Shown here: positions 38,084 to 50,393 of the stretch, piece after piece
How the letters are laid out: every line of letters starts with the position of its first letter
Numbering within the stretch: the stretch's first letter is position 1
Translations under genes and position numbers: made by a program
The notes under the pieces: generated by a model
The model's input: only the letters and a program-made list of their open reading frames with translations
The model's database searches: none
What the model was told of the DNA's origin: nothing
Source: Ginglymostoma cirratum
Taxonomy: Eukaryota
Direction of reading: 5' to 3'
DNA: 64,000 nucleotides
NCBI GenBank assembly: GCA_024137785.1
Contig: JAHRHZ010000115.1
Coordinates: 515,579-579,578, forward strand

Positions 38084-39215
38084 GAGTAGGCTTCAGCCAA
38101 TCATCAGACTCCACAAACCACAAATGCAGTCACACTGGGCAGAAACAGTGGAAACGTGTGGATTGTGGGGACGAATTTGTTTTCCCATCTGAGCTGGAAA
38201 CACATTGCAGACGCACCAGTAGCAGTCCATCTACCTACTCAGTATGTGGGAAGGAGTTCCCTCAGTGATCTAACCTGCTGCAACAGCAACTCGGTCACGC
38301 TGAGGAGAGATTATTTCAATGTCTGGACTGCTGGAAGTACTGTAAAAGTCCCAGGAGGCTGCTGTGCCATCAATGTGTTCACACTGCAGACAGATCTTTT
38401 AAATATCCAGACTGTCAAAAATGCTATGAAACATCCAGGGACGTGGAGTCCCACCAATTTGCTGACACGGAGGAGAGACCTTTTAAATGCTCAAACTGTG
38501 TAAACTGCTTTAAAATCTCCAGGAACCTGATGTCCAATCAACTCGTTCACATTAATGAGAGACCTTTTAAATTTCCAGATTGTGGGAAATGCTACAAACC
38601 TTCCAGGACCTGATATCCCACCATGTTCACTCTGAGGAGAGACCGTTCATGTGCTGTCTCTGTGGGACTAAGTTCAGGCGACCATCTGAACTCATGGAGC
38701 ACCAACAGGTACACACTGGGGAGAGACTGTTCTGCTCCAGGTATGGGAGGGGATTTACTCGGTCATCCAACCTACTGAGACACCAGCCTGTTCACATTGG
38801 GAGAGTTTTTTTTGGGGAACTGCAATTACAAGCTCCTGGGGACTGACTTATCAATGTGTTCACACTGAGGAGAAACCTTTTAAATGCTCAGACTGTGGGA
38901 ATCACTATACAAGTTCCTGGGGACTGTTTTATCATCAGTGTGTTCACACTGAGGAGAGACCTTTCAAATGTCTAATCTGTGGGAAGTGTTATTGAATTTC
39001 TGTGGAACTGACGTCCCATCAACGTGTTCACATGACGACAGACCTTTCAGGTGCTTTCATTGTGGGACTGTTTTCAGGCGATTATCCCAACTCTCAGGAC
39101 CAGCGAGTTCACACTTGGGAGAAACAATTCACCTGCGCTGTGTGTAAAAAAAAAAAAAAAGTTAGCTCACTCATCCACCTTGCTGAGACAGCAGAGAGAT
39201 CACACATCTCAACAG
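37916..39215 (+). pseudogene. C2H2 zinc-finger pseudogene (more than 10 degenerate fingers)
   Basis: Repeated HTEERPFKC/HTGER units with stops and frameshifts; AATAAA at 39285. Confidence 0.9.
38053..38080. repeat. (GT)14 microsatellite inside a finger CxxC
   Basis: Direct inspection. Confidence 0.95.
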
Positions 39216-39554
39216 TGATTGGACTTTGCTGTTAATCACATCCAGAAACTGAAAGCAATGTTTAAATTTTCAGGATAAACGTTAAATAAATCAGCTTTGT
39301 GTTAAATACACTGTGGCAGGTCTTTGTAATACTTCGATTCCAAGTTAGATCCTTTTGTAGGATTCTCCCTCCCCTGCATCTTCACCTTGAACAGCCATTT
39401 GTGCATGCAGCAAGATATACATCCCAGCCCTGACATCGTTCTCCACTTTCCCTCCTGTCATACCCCATCAGAGCACATGTCCATCAAATCCACCACCTCA
39501 TCTCTTGAATCTGTTTCCTCTGACTACTGACTTCCCCAAGTTGCTTGTATTATT

Positions 39555-39877
39555 GAGCGGCATGGTGGCACAATGGTTAGCACTGCTGCCTCACAGCACC
39601 AGGGACCTGGGTTCAATTCCAGCCTTAGGCGACCATCCGTATGGAGTTTGCACATTCTCCCTGTGTCTGCATGGGTTTCCTCCAGGTGCTTCGGTTTCCT
39701 CCCACAGTCCAAATATGTGCAGGTTAGGTGGATTGGCTGTGCTAAATTGCCTGTAGTGCTCAGGGAGGTGTAGATTAGGTGGGTTATAGGGGGATGGGTC
39801 TGGGTGGGTGTTTTCAGGTTCAATGTGGACTTGTTGGGCCGAAGGGCCTGTTTCCACACTGTAGGGATTCTATGATT
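39555..39877 (+). mobile_element. HE1 SINE
   Basis: Full head, V domain, tail ending GGGATTCTATGA. Confidence 0.92.
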
Positions 39878-40574
39878 GATCATTCTCCCTCTTTCTCTGG
39901 GACTGTCCCTCTCACCTATCAAACTTGAAACCTTTTACACCACTATCTTTGCAGATGAAGGCTTTTCAGCACAACATGACTGCACTGACTCTAAGCAATT
40001 TCCCTCATTGCCAGCCTGCAGAATTTTTTTCTGTTGAAAATTCTTCCCATTGAATTAATTATCATTGTCCTCCTGAATGTTTCAATCAAACTTTTGTGAG
40101 ATCTGTTCATATCTTCCTGTCAAAAGGTCGCACAGAAGTAGGTCCGAGGAGGAAAAGATGCAACAGGAGGGTTTTTTTTTGTCCGTTTCAGTTTATGTTG
40201 TACAGGAAGATGTCAGATATCTCAAGGCTTTCACCTCATTAAACATCTCCCGATGGATTCCCAAACACCAATTGGCACCATCACACATTGGGGATGGTGA
40301 GAAACACCTCGGCCAAGAAGTCTGGACCTCAGGAACTTGTCAAAAGGAGGAAGGTGTGGATTTCATGTTCCAGTGAAAAGGCAATGGCTGTTGGCACTGA
40401 GTGAGCCAGTTATTTGAGCTCCACTGCAATATATCATCTGGTGGAAATTTGTTTTCATGAAAATATCCAGAAAACAAAGCTCACAGGTTGAAATCAGTGA
40501 CAATAAGACAATTTCTGAAGGCTTGGAGCTGTTTTCCTGATAGTGGTGGTGGTGCTTGATCAGATTTCTGAAGC

Positions 40575-41640
40575 CTTTCCATTTGGAAAATGTTCAATGC
40601 CTCGTTTCTTCTGACCAAAGTACAGAATCTTAGTTGCCCATATTGTATTCCATTGGACACTTCTTTGCCTATTCTCCTAGCCTGTCTAAGTCATTCTGCA
40701 GCTCCTTCATTCCTCAAAACTAGCTGTCTCTCCACCTATCTGTGTGTCATTTGAAAGCCTAGCTACAATGCTTCAGTTCTTTTAGCAACTTCTTAAATGT
40801 ATATTGTGAATAGTTGTGGTCCCAACAAATGACCCCTACAAAACCCCACTAGTCACGAACTACTATCCTGAAAAAGATTCCTTCATGCCCACTCTTCTGC
40901 CAGTCATCTAATTGTTTAGAGATAAAATGTTGTGGAGCTGGATGAACACAGCAGGCCAAGCAGCATCAGAGGAGCAGGAAAGCTGATGTTTCCGGTCGAG
41001 ACCCTCCTTCGGAAATGGGGGAGGGGAAGGGGATTCTGAAATAAATAGGGAGAGAGGGGGAGGCGGATAGAAGATGGATGAAGGAGAAGATAGGTTGAGA
41101 GGAGACACAGAGGTCAAAGAGGCGGGGTTAGAGCCAGTGAAGGTGAATGTAGGTGGGGATTTAGGTGGAGGAGAAGTCAGTCCAGGGAGGACGGACAGGT
41201 CAAAGAGGCGGGATGAGGTTAGTGGGTAGGAGATGGGGGTGGGGCTTGTGGTGGGAGGAATGGATAGGGAGGTGGGGACTAGCTGGGCTGGTTTTGGGAT
41301 GTGGTCGGGGCAGGGGAGATTTTGAAGCTTGTGAAGTCCATATTGATACCCTTGGACTGCAAGGTTCCCAAGTGAAATATGAGATGCTGTTCCTGCAGCT
41401 TTCGGGTGGCATCATTGTGGCATTGCAGGAGGCCCAGGATGGATGTGTCGTCCGAGGAGTGGCGGGGGGCTGAGTTGAAATGGTTCGCAACTGGGAGGTG
41501 TAGTTGTTTGTTGCGAACTGAGCGTAGGTATTCCGCAAAGCGGTCCCCAAGCCTCTGCTTGGTTTCCCCGATGTAATTGTTTATCCTTGACTGAACTTGC
41601 CCCTAACACCATGGGCTTTTATATTCTTTAGCAGCCTGAA
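40575..41640 (-). mobile_element. CR1 RT fragment split by a Penelope insertion
   Basis: CR1 RT sequence is colinear on both sides of 40919-41573. Confidence 0.65.
40919..41573 (-). mobile_element. Penelope-like element family 1, 3' fragment with decayed hammerhead (about 40985-41012)
   Basis: Matches 28880-29540; 10-bp TSD TAATTGTTTA at 40909-40918 and 41574-41583. Confidence 0.9.
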
Positions 41641-41939
41641 CTTAAACACTTCTCCTGTTTTACGTGTCAGTTAAATTCATCCTCTCTTATTTTGGGATTT
41701 TTTAAAATATGAGGGAGAACAAATTCACACAATCAGAGACAATGTGTTGACCTAATATTGAAGAACAAGTTCTCACACTGAGATCAGCAAGTTTAGTTCA
41801 TATCCAGTTTTTAAACTGGATCACTTGTGTCAAGAGTCAAACAGCACAGCAATAGACACTTTGTTCCAACCCATCCATGCTGACCAAGTTTCTCAAACTA
41901 GGCTAGCCTCACATGTCTGCATTTGGCCCATATCACAGG

Positions 41940-42110
41940 TATGGTCTCACCAATATACTGTACATCGGGGCATTCTTGCCTGTATCGTATGAGATCAACA
42001 ACAGTGGCCAAGTCACATGAGTATCTGCTGTGTACATTGTGACCGGTGTTCCCACTTGTAACGGTTGTATCTATGTCGATGATCTGGCATGTCTAGCAGA
42101 GGTTGCCATG
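41940..42110 (-). mobile_element. Internal fragment of a different Penelope-like family (Cys linker and GIY-YIG)
   Basis: Minus strand reads HGNLC*TCQIID..RYSCDLATVVDLIR..QYIGET. Confidence 0.7.
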
Positions 42111-42114
42111 TAGT

Positions 42115-42905
42115 CCACAAGGACTTCAGGATAGAATAGATAGACTGGTCAGATTGGCACACTCTAGCAAATGGAATATAATCCTGAAAGATCTGAGGTG
42201 ATGCGTGTTGTGAGAATTAACAAGACAAGGGAGTAGACAGTGAATGGCAGTACCTTGTGAAGTACAAGGAATCAGAGATATTAGTGTGCACGTCCAGAGA
42301 TCTTTGAGGAGAACAGGTGAGTGAGGTGGTTAAGAAGACAGAAAGAATGGTTGCTTTTACTAGTTCAGGCATTGAATACCAGAACAAGGAGGTCATGAGG
42401 GAGCTATATAAAATGTTAAGCCACATGCTTGGGTGCTGCATGCAATTCTGGCCGCTAAACAGGAATGATGTGACTGTACTAGAGAGGATATACAGGAGGT
42501 ACACCACGATGTTGCCTGAGGTGGAGCCTTTCAGTTATGAAGGCAGATTAGATAGGCTGGCTTGAAAGGGTTACAGAGTCATACACCTTTGAAACAGACC
42601 CTTCGGCCCAACTAGTCCATGCTGAACATAATCCCAAACTAAACTAGTGTCACCTTTTGAGCGTAAAAGGCATGATTGAGTTGTTCTCTGTCATGAGACG
42701 CACAGATAGGGCAGAAAAGGAGAAACATTTGCTCGTAGTAATGAGGTCAATAACCTCAGCTTTAAGGTAAGGAGCAGAAGGTTAAGAGGAGTTTTAAGTC
42801 TGTTTTATTTCACCCAGAAGTTGGTGGGAGTTTGGAAGTCGCTCCCTGAAAGGGTGGTTGAGTTAGGAACCACCACAGGGTATTTGGGTGGTCACTTGAA
42901 GCGCC
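42115..42905 (+). mobile_element. CR1 3' fragment
   Basis: GIEYQNKEVMRELYK..CMQFW; VGVWKSLPERVV. Confidence 0.8.
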
Positions 42906-43500
42906 ATAGTATCTCCATATCTGAGCCAGGAGCAGATCACAGTGAGACGCCGCCAAGACAGAGAGAGAGAGAGAGAATGTGGCTTTCTCCCACTCTCGCT
43001 CTCTTCCCCAACCCACCTCCCTCCCCGTTCTGTTCCCATCTCTCTCCCTTTCTCTCCCTCCACCTGTCCCTCGACTTCCTGTCTCCTTCTCCCTTCACCC
43101 GCCCGTCTAACTCTAACCTTCTCTCTTCCCCCACTTTCCGTCTCTCACAGTTTCACCGTCTCCCTCCTTCTAGCCCACAGAGATGCCGGACAAGGAGGGC
43201 GAGAGGCAGGAGGACAGTGAGGCCGGGATGACGGAGGAGACAGGGCTGGCTGGAGATGCCGTCCTCATACACGGAGACTCTGAGCACCTTCTGCAGCACG
43301 ACCACCATCCACGGGGCGGTGAGGCTGATCTGTACTGAGGGCAATCGGATGAAGACCAGCCTGTGGGCAGCCATCCTGGCACTCACGTTGGGTGCCATGT
43401 ACTGGCAGAACCTCCAGTTCTCGGTTCAAATCTCCCTCTTGATCCACAGCGGCAACATACAGTTCCCCGCTGTCACCGTCTGTACTCTCCACCCGTACCG

Positions 43501-43600
43501 GTAAGGCTTCCTCTACACCGTCCCCCCCCGCATCAAACAGTCCCAGGGACATTTAGGTTAGATACGGAGTTAAGGTCTCTCTACCCCGTACCCAAACTGA
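43501..43600 (+). repeat. About 68-bp tandem repeat unit, also at 44740-45000
   Basis: GTAAAGCTCTCTCTACACTGTCCCC-ATCAAACAC..GGTTAGATAC units. Confidence 0.75.
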
Positions 43601-44793
43601 TGTGAATGTATTTGTGCCCCCTGCTGGTACAAGGAGGTGAGCGTGGACCTGAAGGAGTTGGAGCTTTTGACCTGGGAGGTCCTCTATGTCCTGTGCGGCT
43701 ACGAGGGCCCCGGGGATGGAGCTCCCATGCCACCCACCCAGGGCGGCCATCCCACGGCGCCTGGGCCTGCGGCTGATCGACCCTGAGGGGCGGTGTGGTT
43801 CGCCAGCCCTGGGGATCGGGCCCTGACAGGGGGTTGCAGCGGCGGCGAGGGGAGCGCCTGGACCCACAACCCACCTTTGGTCCGCAACAGCTCCTGGAAG
43901 AGCAGCTTCAAACTGGAAAGTTCTGGAAAAGTGGCAGGGGCCTGTAGGTGTTCGGGATACGTTCTCTGATGTACCTGGGGCTGTCCTGACCCAGACCCGG
44001 GCCCGCCCCATCCAGACACGGAACCTGTTTTGCCTGGCTGATCGACCTGGTGAGGCGGCGCGGCAGTGCCTTCAAGCTCCCTCCGCCCAGGCTCTGGAAA
44101 CCTGGGACAGTCGGAGGTGAGGCCTGCCCTCATTTTGTGGCTATTCTCACTTTTTCTAACTTCCTCCCCATGCTTTCTCCACAAATCCACCCCCCCCCCC
44201 CCCCCCGCCCAACATACTCCACCGATCCCTGTCCACTGGCGGAGACTGCTTTTACAACTTGGCACTCATCCGGCGTGGTTGCCCTGAAGGAGTGGTACGC
44301 CTTCCACTACGTGAACCTTATGACACGTATCTCCCTCGATGCATCACCCTTGGACGAGGCGAAGATGGGAGAGTTCGTCCAGGATTGTCGGTTCAATGGC
44401 TTCGTCTGTAGGGAGACGTGAAGGAGAGGAGAGAGAAAGAAAGAATCAGAGGTGAGGGAATGAGAGAGATAGAAAGAGAGAGACAAAGAAGAGGTGAGGG
44501 AGAGAATGAGAGAGAGACGGGGAGTGTGGAGAGAGGGGGTGGGGACGGAGAAGAGAGAATGACAGAGACAGAGAGTGAGGAATATCACTGATCTCTCCGT
44601 CTCTGTCTCTCTCAAATTCCAGTTTCGACACGTCCTTTCACCATCCGGTTGATGGAAACTATTACACCTTCTTGGGATTAACAGCAGCTCCAAGTAGGAA
44701 TCCTCCAAGGCTGCAAAAGACCGCCATGAGTGAAAACTGAGAATAAAGCTCTCTCTTCAATGATCCCCATTAAACACGCCCATGTCAGGGACA

Positions 44794-44887
44794 AAAACAA
44801 AGTTGCTGGAAAAGCTCAGCAGGTCTGGCAGCATCTGTGGAGGAGAAAACAGAGTTCACGTTTTGGGTCTGGTGCCCCTTCCTCAGA
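44794..44887 (-). mobile_element. 94-bp Penelope-type mini-insertion (family 3) starting at a decayed hammerhead core
   Basis: Minus strand TCTGAGGA-AGGG..CCC-AAAACGTGA; TSD TCAGGGACA at 44785-44793 and 44888-44896. Confidence 0.75.
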
Positions 44888-45580
44888 TCAGGGACAGCAC
44901 AGGGTTCGATACCGAGTAAAGCTCTCTCTACACTGTCCCCCATCAAACACTCTGAGGACATGGACAGCATGGGGTTAGATACGAAGTAAAGCTCACTCTT
45001 CTCACTCTGTCTTTGTGATGCCCAGGTCTGTCCCTTGTGCTCAGGATCGAACAGAACAATTCCATTCCCTTCTTGTCGATGGCGGCTGGAGCCCGGATGA
45101 TGGTTCATAAAGGGGCTCGCTCCCCCTTCGTGGAGGACGGTGGCTTTGATTTTCACCCAGGACTGGAGACCTCTATCAGCATGAGAAAGGTGAGGGAGGG
45201 AGAGAAGGAGCCCCCCATCTCTTCCATCACCGGCCACTGCCTCACACTCTCCCTTCCTGTCTCTCTCACCTCCTCTAGCCCGTACACCCCTCCTATCTCT
45301 GTAGCCTTCTCCTACCCTTACACCCCTCCCTATCCCCATCTCTAGCTCTCTCACTGTCTCACTCTGCCCCCATTCCAGGAGGTTGTGTCTCACCTCCAGA
45401 GGGCCGTACAGTGACTGCATGGAGAACAACTCTGAGATCCGAGTTGTAACCTCTACAAATCCGACTACACCCAGCAGATAACTGGGCTGCAGTGCTGCCG
45501 GCTCACCTCTGTCTGTGGAGTTCTGGTGATCAGTGGGGAGCAGACCAGATATAATGTGCCCAAGCCTTTGCGAAGCCTGC

Positions 45581-46000
45581 AGGCCTCAGGCTTTCGGCCT
45601 GTTGTTGAAATTTGGCATTATTAGTCCTCAGACTTTTCAGCCTGTTGCCGAAATTGCCATTGCTAGGCCTCAGACTCTGAGGGCTTGTTGCTAAGGTTTG
45701 TGTTCCTAAGTCTCATCTCCTGGGCCCGTTGCAAAGGTTGGCCTCCCTAGGCCTTAGGCTCCTGGGCCGGTTGCTGATGTTTTCCTCCCTAGGCCTTAGG
45801 GTTTCTGGTCTTTTGCTAAGGTTGACATTCCTCAGCCTCAGGCTCCCAGGCCTATTGCTGAAGTTCATGCATCTAGGCCTCAGCCTCTGGAGCCTATTGC
45901 TAAGGTTGGCATTCCTAGGCCTTAGGCTCTTGGGTTTGTTGCTAATGTTCACATTTCTAGGCCTCCGGTTCTCCAGCCTGTTCCTCAGGTTCCTAGTCCT
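45581..46000. repeat. 42-bp minisatellite, about 10 units
   Basis: AGGCCT-like anchor recurs at 45581, 45623, 45665, 45708, 45749, 45791, 45833, 45875, 45917, 45959. Confidence 0.92.
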
Positions 46001-46284
46001 TCTGTTGCTGCTCTCAACATTGCAGTCCAAGCCTTTCTCAACACATCTTTCCACTCAGGCCCTGACTGTTCCTCTCTCTTTTCAACTCACCTCATCCTCC
46101 AAAAGACCTGCATCTGTTCCTACTTCTAGCTCACCATGGTATCCCACCGCAGCTGCACTTACTATTACTACTCACTGCCCCCTGTAGTGGAGTGCTGCAA
46201 TTACAACAAGCACACCTCTTGGATTAAGTGGGGCTTTAGTGATAGGCCCGTATTACATACATGGTTAGTCACATATCCTGGAAT

Positions 46285-46510
46285 GAGCTACAGATACTTG
46301 TGGCCTGTTGCTGAGGAGGAGATGGGACTTGGTCAGGATTTTGAGGAAGGTTCTTGAAGATAAGAGGGAAATTGGCCAGGATTTTGTGCCCAAGATAAGG
46401 ATGAGATGGGACTTGGCCATGATCTTGGGCCTGTTGCTGAGTTGGGAGGGAAATTGACCAATGTTTTGAGCCTGTGCTCAGGATGAGGCAGGAATTGGTC
46501 AAAGGTGATC
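46285..46510. repeat. Second, diverged 42-bp minisatellite, about 5 units
   Basis: GGCCTGTTGCTGAG at 46302 and 46428 (3x42); GATGGGACTTGG at 46321 and 46405 (2x42). Confidence 0.75.
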
Positions 46511-46678
46511 AGGAAGAACAGTTTTCTTGCTCACCTCTCTCAGTTTCTCTCACTCCCAAGACACTGTTATTACCAGTTGACACAAGAATTTACTACTGTC
46601 CTCAGTTGCTTCAAAACCTGTCGGAAGCCATGCAAGTGAGTACAAGAGCAAACAAGGAACCAGGCCTCAACCAGAACG

Positions 46679-46750
46679 CTGAGGGACCGGGCACTGTCGG
46701 ACGGTCAGCACTGAAGGACCGGGCGCTGTCAGAGGGTCAGTGCTGAGGGA
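46679..46750. repeat. 32-bp tandem repeat, 2.3 units
   Basis: CTGAGGGA/CTGAAGGA at 46679, 46711, 46743. Confidence 0.85.
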
Positions 46751-46892
46751 TTATAATTAATCTAATTCTTGATGATATTTCCAGACAAAGTGAATATCAG
46801 ATGGTAGCTGGATATGCAAACTGGCCGTCAAAAAATTCAATGGTAAGCCTAACAAAATTAAATCGGCAAAAAGCCCTCCTATATGTGGAGAC

Positions 46893-47335
46893 ATTCTCTC
46901 TCCCCACCTCTCTCTCTCTCTATCCCCTCTCTCTCTCTTTCTCACCCCCCCTCTCTCTCTCACTCTCTCCCCTCTCTGCCCCCTCCTCCCCACCTCTGTC
47001 TCCCTGCCTCTCTCTCTCCTCCTCTCTCTCTCTCCCCCACCTCTCTCCCTCCCCTCTCTCTGCCCCCTCTCTCTCTCCCCCCTCCCTTCTCTCTCTCTCG
47101 CCCCCTCTCTCTCTCCCCCTCTTTTTTTCTCTCTCTCTCACACACGCTCACATTCTCGCTCTCTCTCCTTCTCTCACTCTTTCTCTCCTTCTCTCACTCT
47201 CTCTCTCACTATGTCACATACTCTCTCACAGACACTCCCGCACTCTATCTCACCCACGCATGCTCTGTCGATGATGTTGTGTTCTTCTCTTTTTCTCTCC
47301 CCCTCTCGGCCTCTCCTTCCGCTCTCCCTCTCCTA
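46893..47335. repeat. Polypyrimidine (CT-rich) low-complexity tract; similar tracts at about 42960-43170 and 44420-44615
   Basis: Direct inspection. Confidence 0.9.
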
Positions 47336-47914
47336 CCCAAGCAGGAAGGAATTGGCCAAACTGAACTGCATATCAATGAGGGAGACCCCAGCATTGCCTG
47401 TGCATTTTCCCAGCTCCTGCTGCTTTGCAGAATCACCCTATGCACTCTCCCCAGGGTGGGCGCACAGCGGAGCAAAGTGGGAGCATGGGCATGAGCGGCT
47501 ATGCCCAGAGGGGCGAGGGAACACGTGTTAGGGGGTGGCCAAGGGCTCCAGCGAAACCTCAAAACCCAAATCTCTGGGAGAACAGTGCTATTGAGATACA
47601 TTTTTGCCAGTTCCAAGAGGTGAAAGGCATGGACCGAAGGTTTCTGAAGTGCGGGACAGGTGGGGGCGGGAATGAAGGAGATCCTCCTTTAGTCACAAGT
47701 AACATCCCATCTTGCCATTTTCTTCTCAGATGCTTGCCAACTTGGGAAACCAATGAAGTCTCTGGCTTGGCTCTTCCATCATGGACCCTGGAAATGGTGG
47801 AACTCATCTTTGACCTTATCACCATTGCAGCCATCTTGCTTAGGGCCCACCTTCTGAGCCCGAGGCCTCCCAATGAGGACTCCACCCGTCCCCCAGAGCC
47901 TGTCCCTCAAGTCT

Positions 47915-48436
47915 TTCCTTCATTCATTTGATTTCTGTGAACTCTTCCTTACTGTCCTGTTTTGACAGCATTGCCTTGATAAATTGTTTTGATCCCTCTA
48001 CTTTAATTAGTTTGTACAGTTTTGAATTATTTATTTCTTTGGTTAGACCCTCGGCATGTGACTCATACCTGTCATGTTAGTCTAGTCATTTAGTTTATCT
48101 CCACCACCACCTTTTTATTTGTAATTATCTCTCCACCTCACACTTAGATTATAGGTCATACCTTCACTGGTTATTCAGCTGTTGACACTTTACTCACAAT
48201 CTAACATTCTTGGCCACCTAAAGAGACTTATCATCTGACAATCCACTCACACCAGTTGTGTAATCTTTTGATCTCTCTGCCTACAAACTCTGGGTCTGTG
48301 TGCTCTCACTACTCATGATGAAGTGACTGCACTCTGAAAGCTTGCATGATTTCAAATAAACCTGTTGGACTATAACCTGGTGTCCTACGACTTCTGACTT
48401 TGTCCACCCCAGTCCAACACCAGCACTTCCACATCA
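47915..48436 (+). mobile_element. Penelope-like family 2, 3' region with decayed hammerhead (about 48315-48343)
   Basis: ATGATGAAG..CTCTGAAAGCTT followed by TAAACCTGTTGGACTATAACCTGGTG..CCAGTCCAACAC, repeated at about 48775-48870. Confidence 0.6.
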
Positions 48437-48511
48437 TTATATGTTCTCCAGTTACCATCAAACGTGTACTTAACATTTGATAAAATTAACAGCTACAGTC
48501 AGGGCTACTCA

Positions 48512-48670
<159 letters not shown>

Positions 48671-48747
48671 TCAATCACTTCATTCATTTCACAGTATGAT
48701 AGGGTCACCTGTAGTGTAACATGAAAGCAAGATCATGGTTGAGGCCA

Positions 48748-48878
48748 TCTTCACTGCACCTCAAGATGGTGCGCTCTGAAAGTTTGTGATTTCACGTAAA
48801 CCTGTTGGACTATAACCTGGTGTCATGTGACTTCTGACTTTATCCACCCCAGTCCAACACTGGCACCTCCCTATCAAA
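48748..48878 (+). mobile_element. 131-bp Penelope-type mini-insertion (family 2)
   Basis: Direct repeat of about 48310-48436; candidate TSD GAGGCCA at 48741-48747 and 48879-48885. Confidence 0.65.
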
Positions 48879-49239
48879 GAGGCCAGTGATGCAGAAGGGA
48901 CACAATGGGGGATCAGGCTAATTTGAATCGAGTAATGTAACATGCTTAATAAATTACATCAGGGTAGAACATCCCCCAGTGACCATCAAATGGTGTCCTG
49001 AACAGTACTGTGGGTGGGTTGCCAATGTGGAGAGTAATAGTATTCGACAAACTAAGGGGTTAAATTCAGATCAAGCCCCCAGCTCTGTTTCTAAAGTAAG
49101 TACCTGCAGAGATTCTGCATCGGTTGTAATTCTACAAACAACCCGGGATTGTGGATAATTCTCAGCGGATTCCAAAACTGCCAATGTCACAGTTTATTCA
49201 AGAAGGGAGCAAAACTCCTGGAATTTGAGAAACCAGCTG

Positions 49240-49900
49240 ACAGAGCGTTTCAGTCAGGGGGAGGTGCGGTCACAGCCCCACCCCCCTCCCAATCACTCCG
49301 ATTGACTGGAGGGTCACCCGCTCCAACGCCGTCATCGAGTCCCGCTTCCCCTTCCTATTGGTGCAAAGCCACCGTCAATCACCTGGCTTGCCGCGGGAGA
49401 GAGCATGCGCAGTGCTGAAGTGTGCGGTGCAGGGAGAGATTCGGTTGGAACATCATGGCGGTTGTGATCACACTCAGGTTCGCGGAGAAGGGAGGATGGA
49501 GCTGGGAGGGTGGATTGGGATGTTCTATAAACACGTTGAGAACAATTTAAACAAGGGAAGGCTACTGTTGCGTTGTCTGAACCAGCCACAGTTTCTCGTC
49601 GGTGAGGCCCTGGTCGGTGGCCGCCATCTTTATAGAAAGTCACCGGGGACAATGCGCATGCTCAATCGTGCCGACCAATCAGGGAATTCCTAGCTCTGCT
49701 TCCAGCCTTCACCGTGACGTCAGGCCGCAGCCCAGCCCACGTTCTATAATTGGTTGAAGGAGACAGGACGGAAACCCTGGGAACTGACCCTCCCCCTCCC
49801 CGGTGCAGAACCCAAAGACCAAGAACAAGCTGCAGATCACGCGTTTACAGACCTGAGGCTTCTCCCCCGGAACAGGCTCATATTCATGGTCACCATCTTG
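49240..49900. promoter_or_regulatory. CpG-island promoter, probably bidirectional
   Basis: NRF1-type GAGCATGCGCA (49401) and TGCGCATGCTC (49653) in opposite orientations, YY1 GGCCGCCATCTT (49619), CRE TGACGTCA (49715), several CCAAT/ATTGG boxes. Confidence 0.75.
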
Positions 49901-50393
49901 GCTATATGTTGAGCAGGACGTAAGTTTAGCTATCTTGCTAATCCAAGAGTGGGCTAAAGAAATGAATTCAACCACGTTAGACGTGGAGAATACTCGGGGT
50001 GAAGGAAAGGATGGACCCAGGACTTTGGATTTCAGCTCAGGGACGACGGTGTTTTGCGGGATTGGTGACTTACTCTTTTGATGAACAATACAGTTTCCAT
50101 ACAAATTGGAATTCTTGGTTTTGAATTGCTCTCCTATGCTTTTGGTGGACAGTTTTGTGAACGTCTTTCCCAAGGTTTTTTTTAGGAGTTCTCAGTATCA
50201 TGGGTCTTTGAATGCACCAGGGGAAATGTTTGTCTGTGCTGACCTGGCTGTAACATTTCACCCATCAGTGTGAGATGTGAAAAGAGCTTTAAACAGTCAC
50301 AAAACCTCATAACAAACATTACACTATTCAAAGCAGGAGAAACTCTTCAAGTGTTCTGTTCACAACCTAGAGAAACACAAGGACACATGTGCC

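Larger units (their letters stand above)
43183..47930 (+). pseudogene. SCNN1A: Epithelial sodium channel alpha/delta-type subunit (SCNN1A-like), unprocessed pseudogene
   Basis: Exon relics in order: 43183-43500 (FCSTTTIHGAVRLIC..NRMKT..MYWQ..FPAVTVCTLHPYR), 43627-43915, about 44225-44417 (SSGVVALKEWYAFHYVNL..CRFN), 44623-44727 (FHHP.GN.YTF), 45026-45189 ([19 protein letters not shown]), 45379-45477 (YSDC..YTQQ), 46106-46223, 46561-46635 (HCYY..CRKPC), 46785-46842 (AGYANWPS), 47345-47400 (ELAKLN), 47730-47930 (LANLGNQ*SLWLGSS..EMVELIFD). Stops at 44695, 46127 and 47754, plus frameshifts and broken splice sites. Alpha versus delta is unresolved. Confidence 0.92.

Noticed and set aside
45581-46000. 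Regular repeats as a CRISPR-like array
   Set aside because: Eukaryotic context, contiguous diverged units without unique spacers, no cas genes
46883-47494. Long Leu/Ser and Glu/Arg ORFs
   Set aside because: Translations of CT/GA low-complexity DNA
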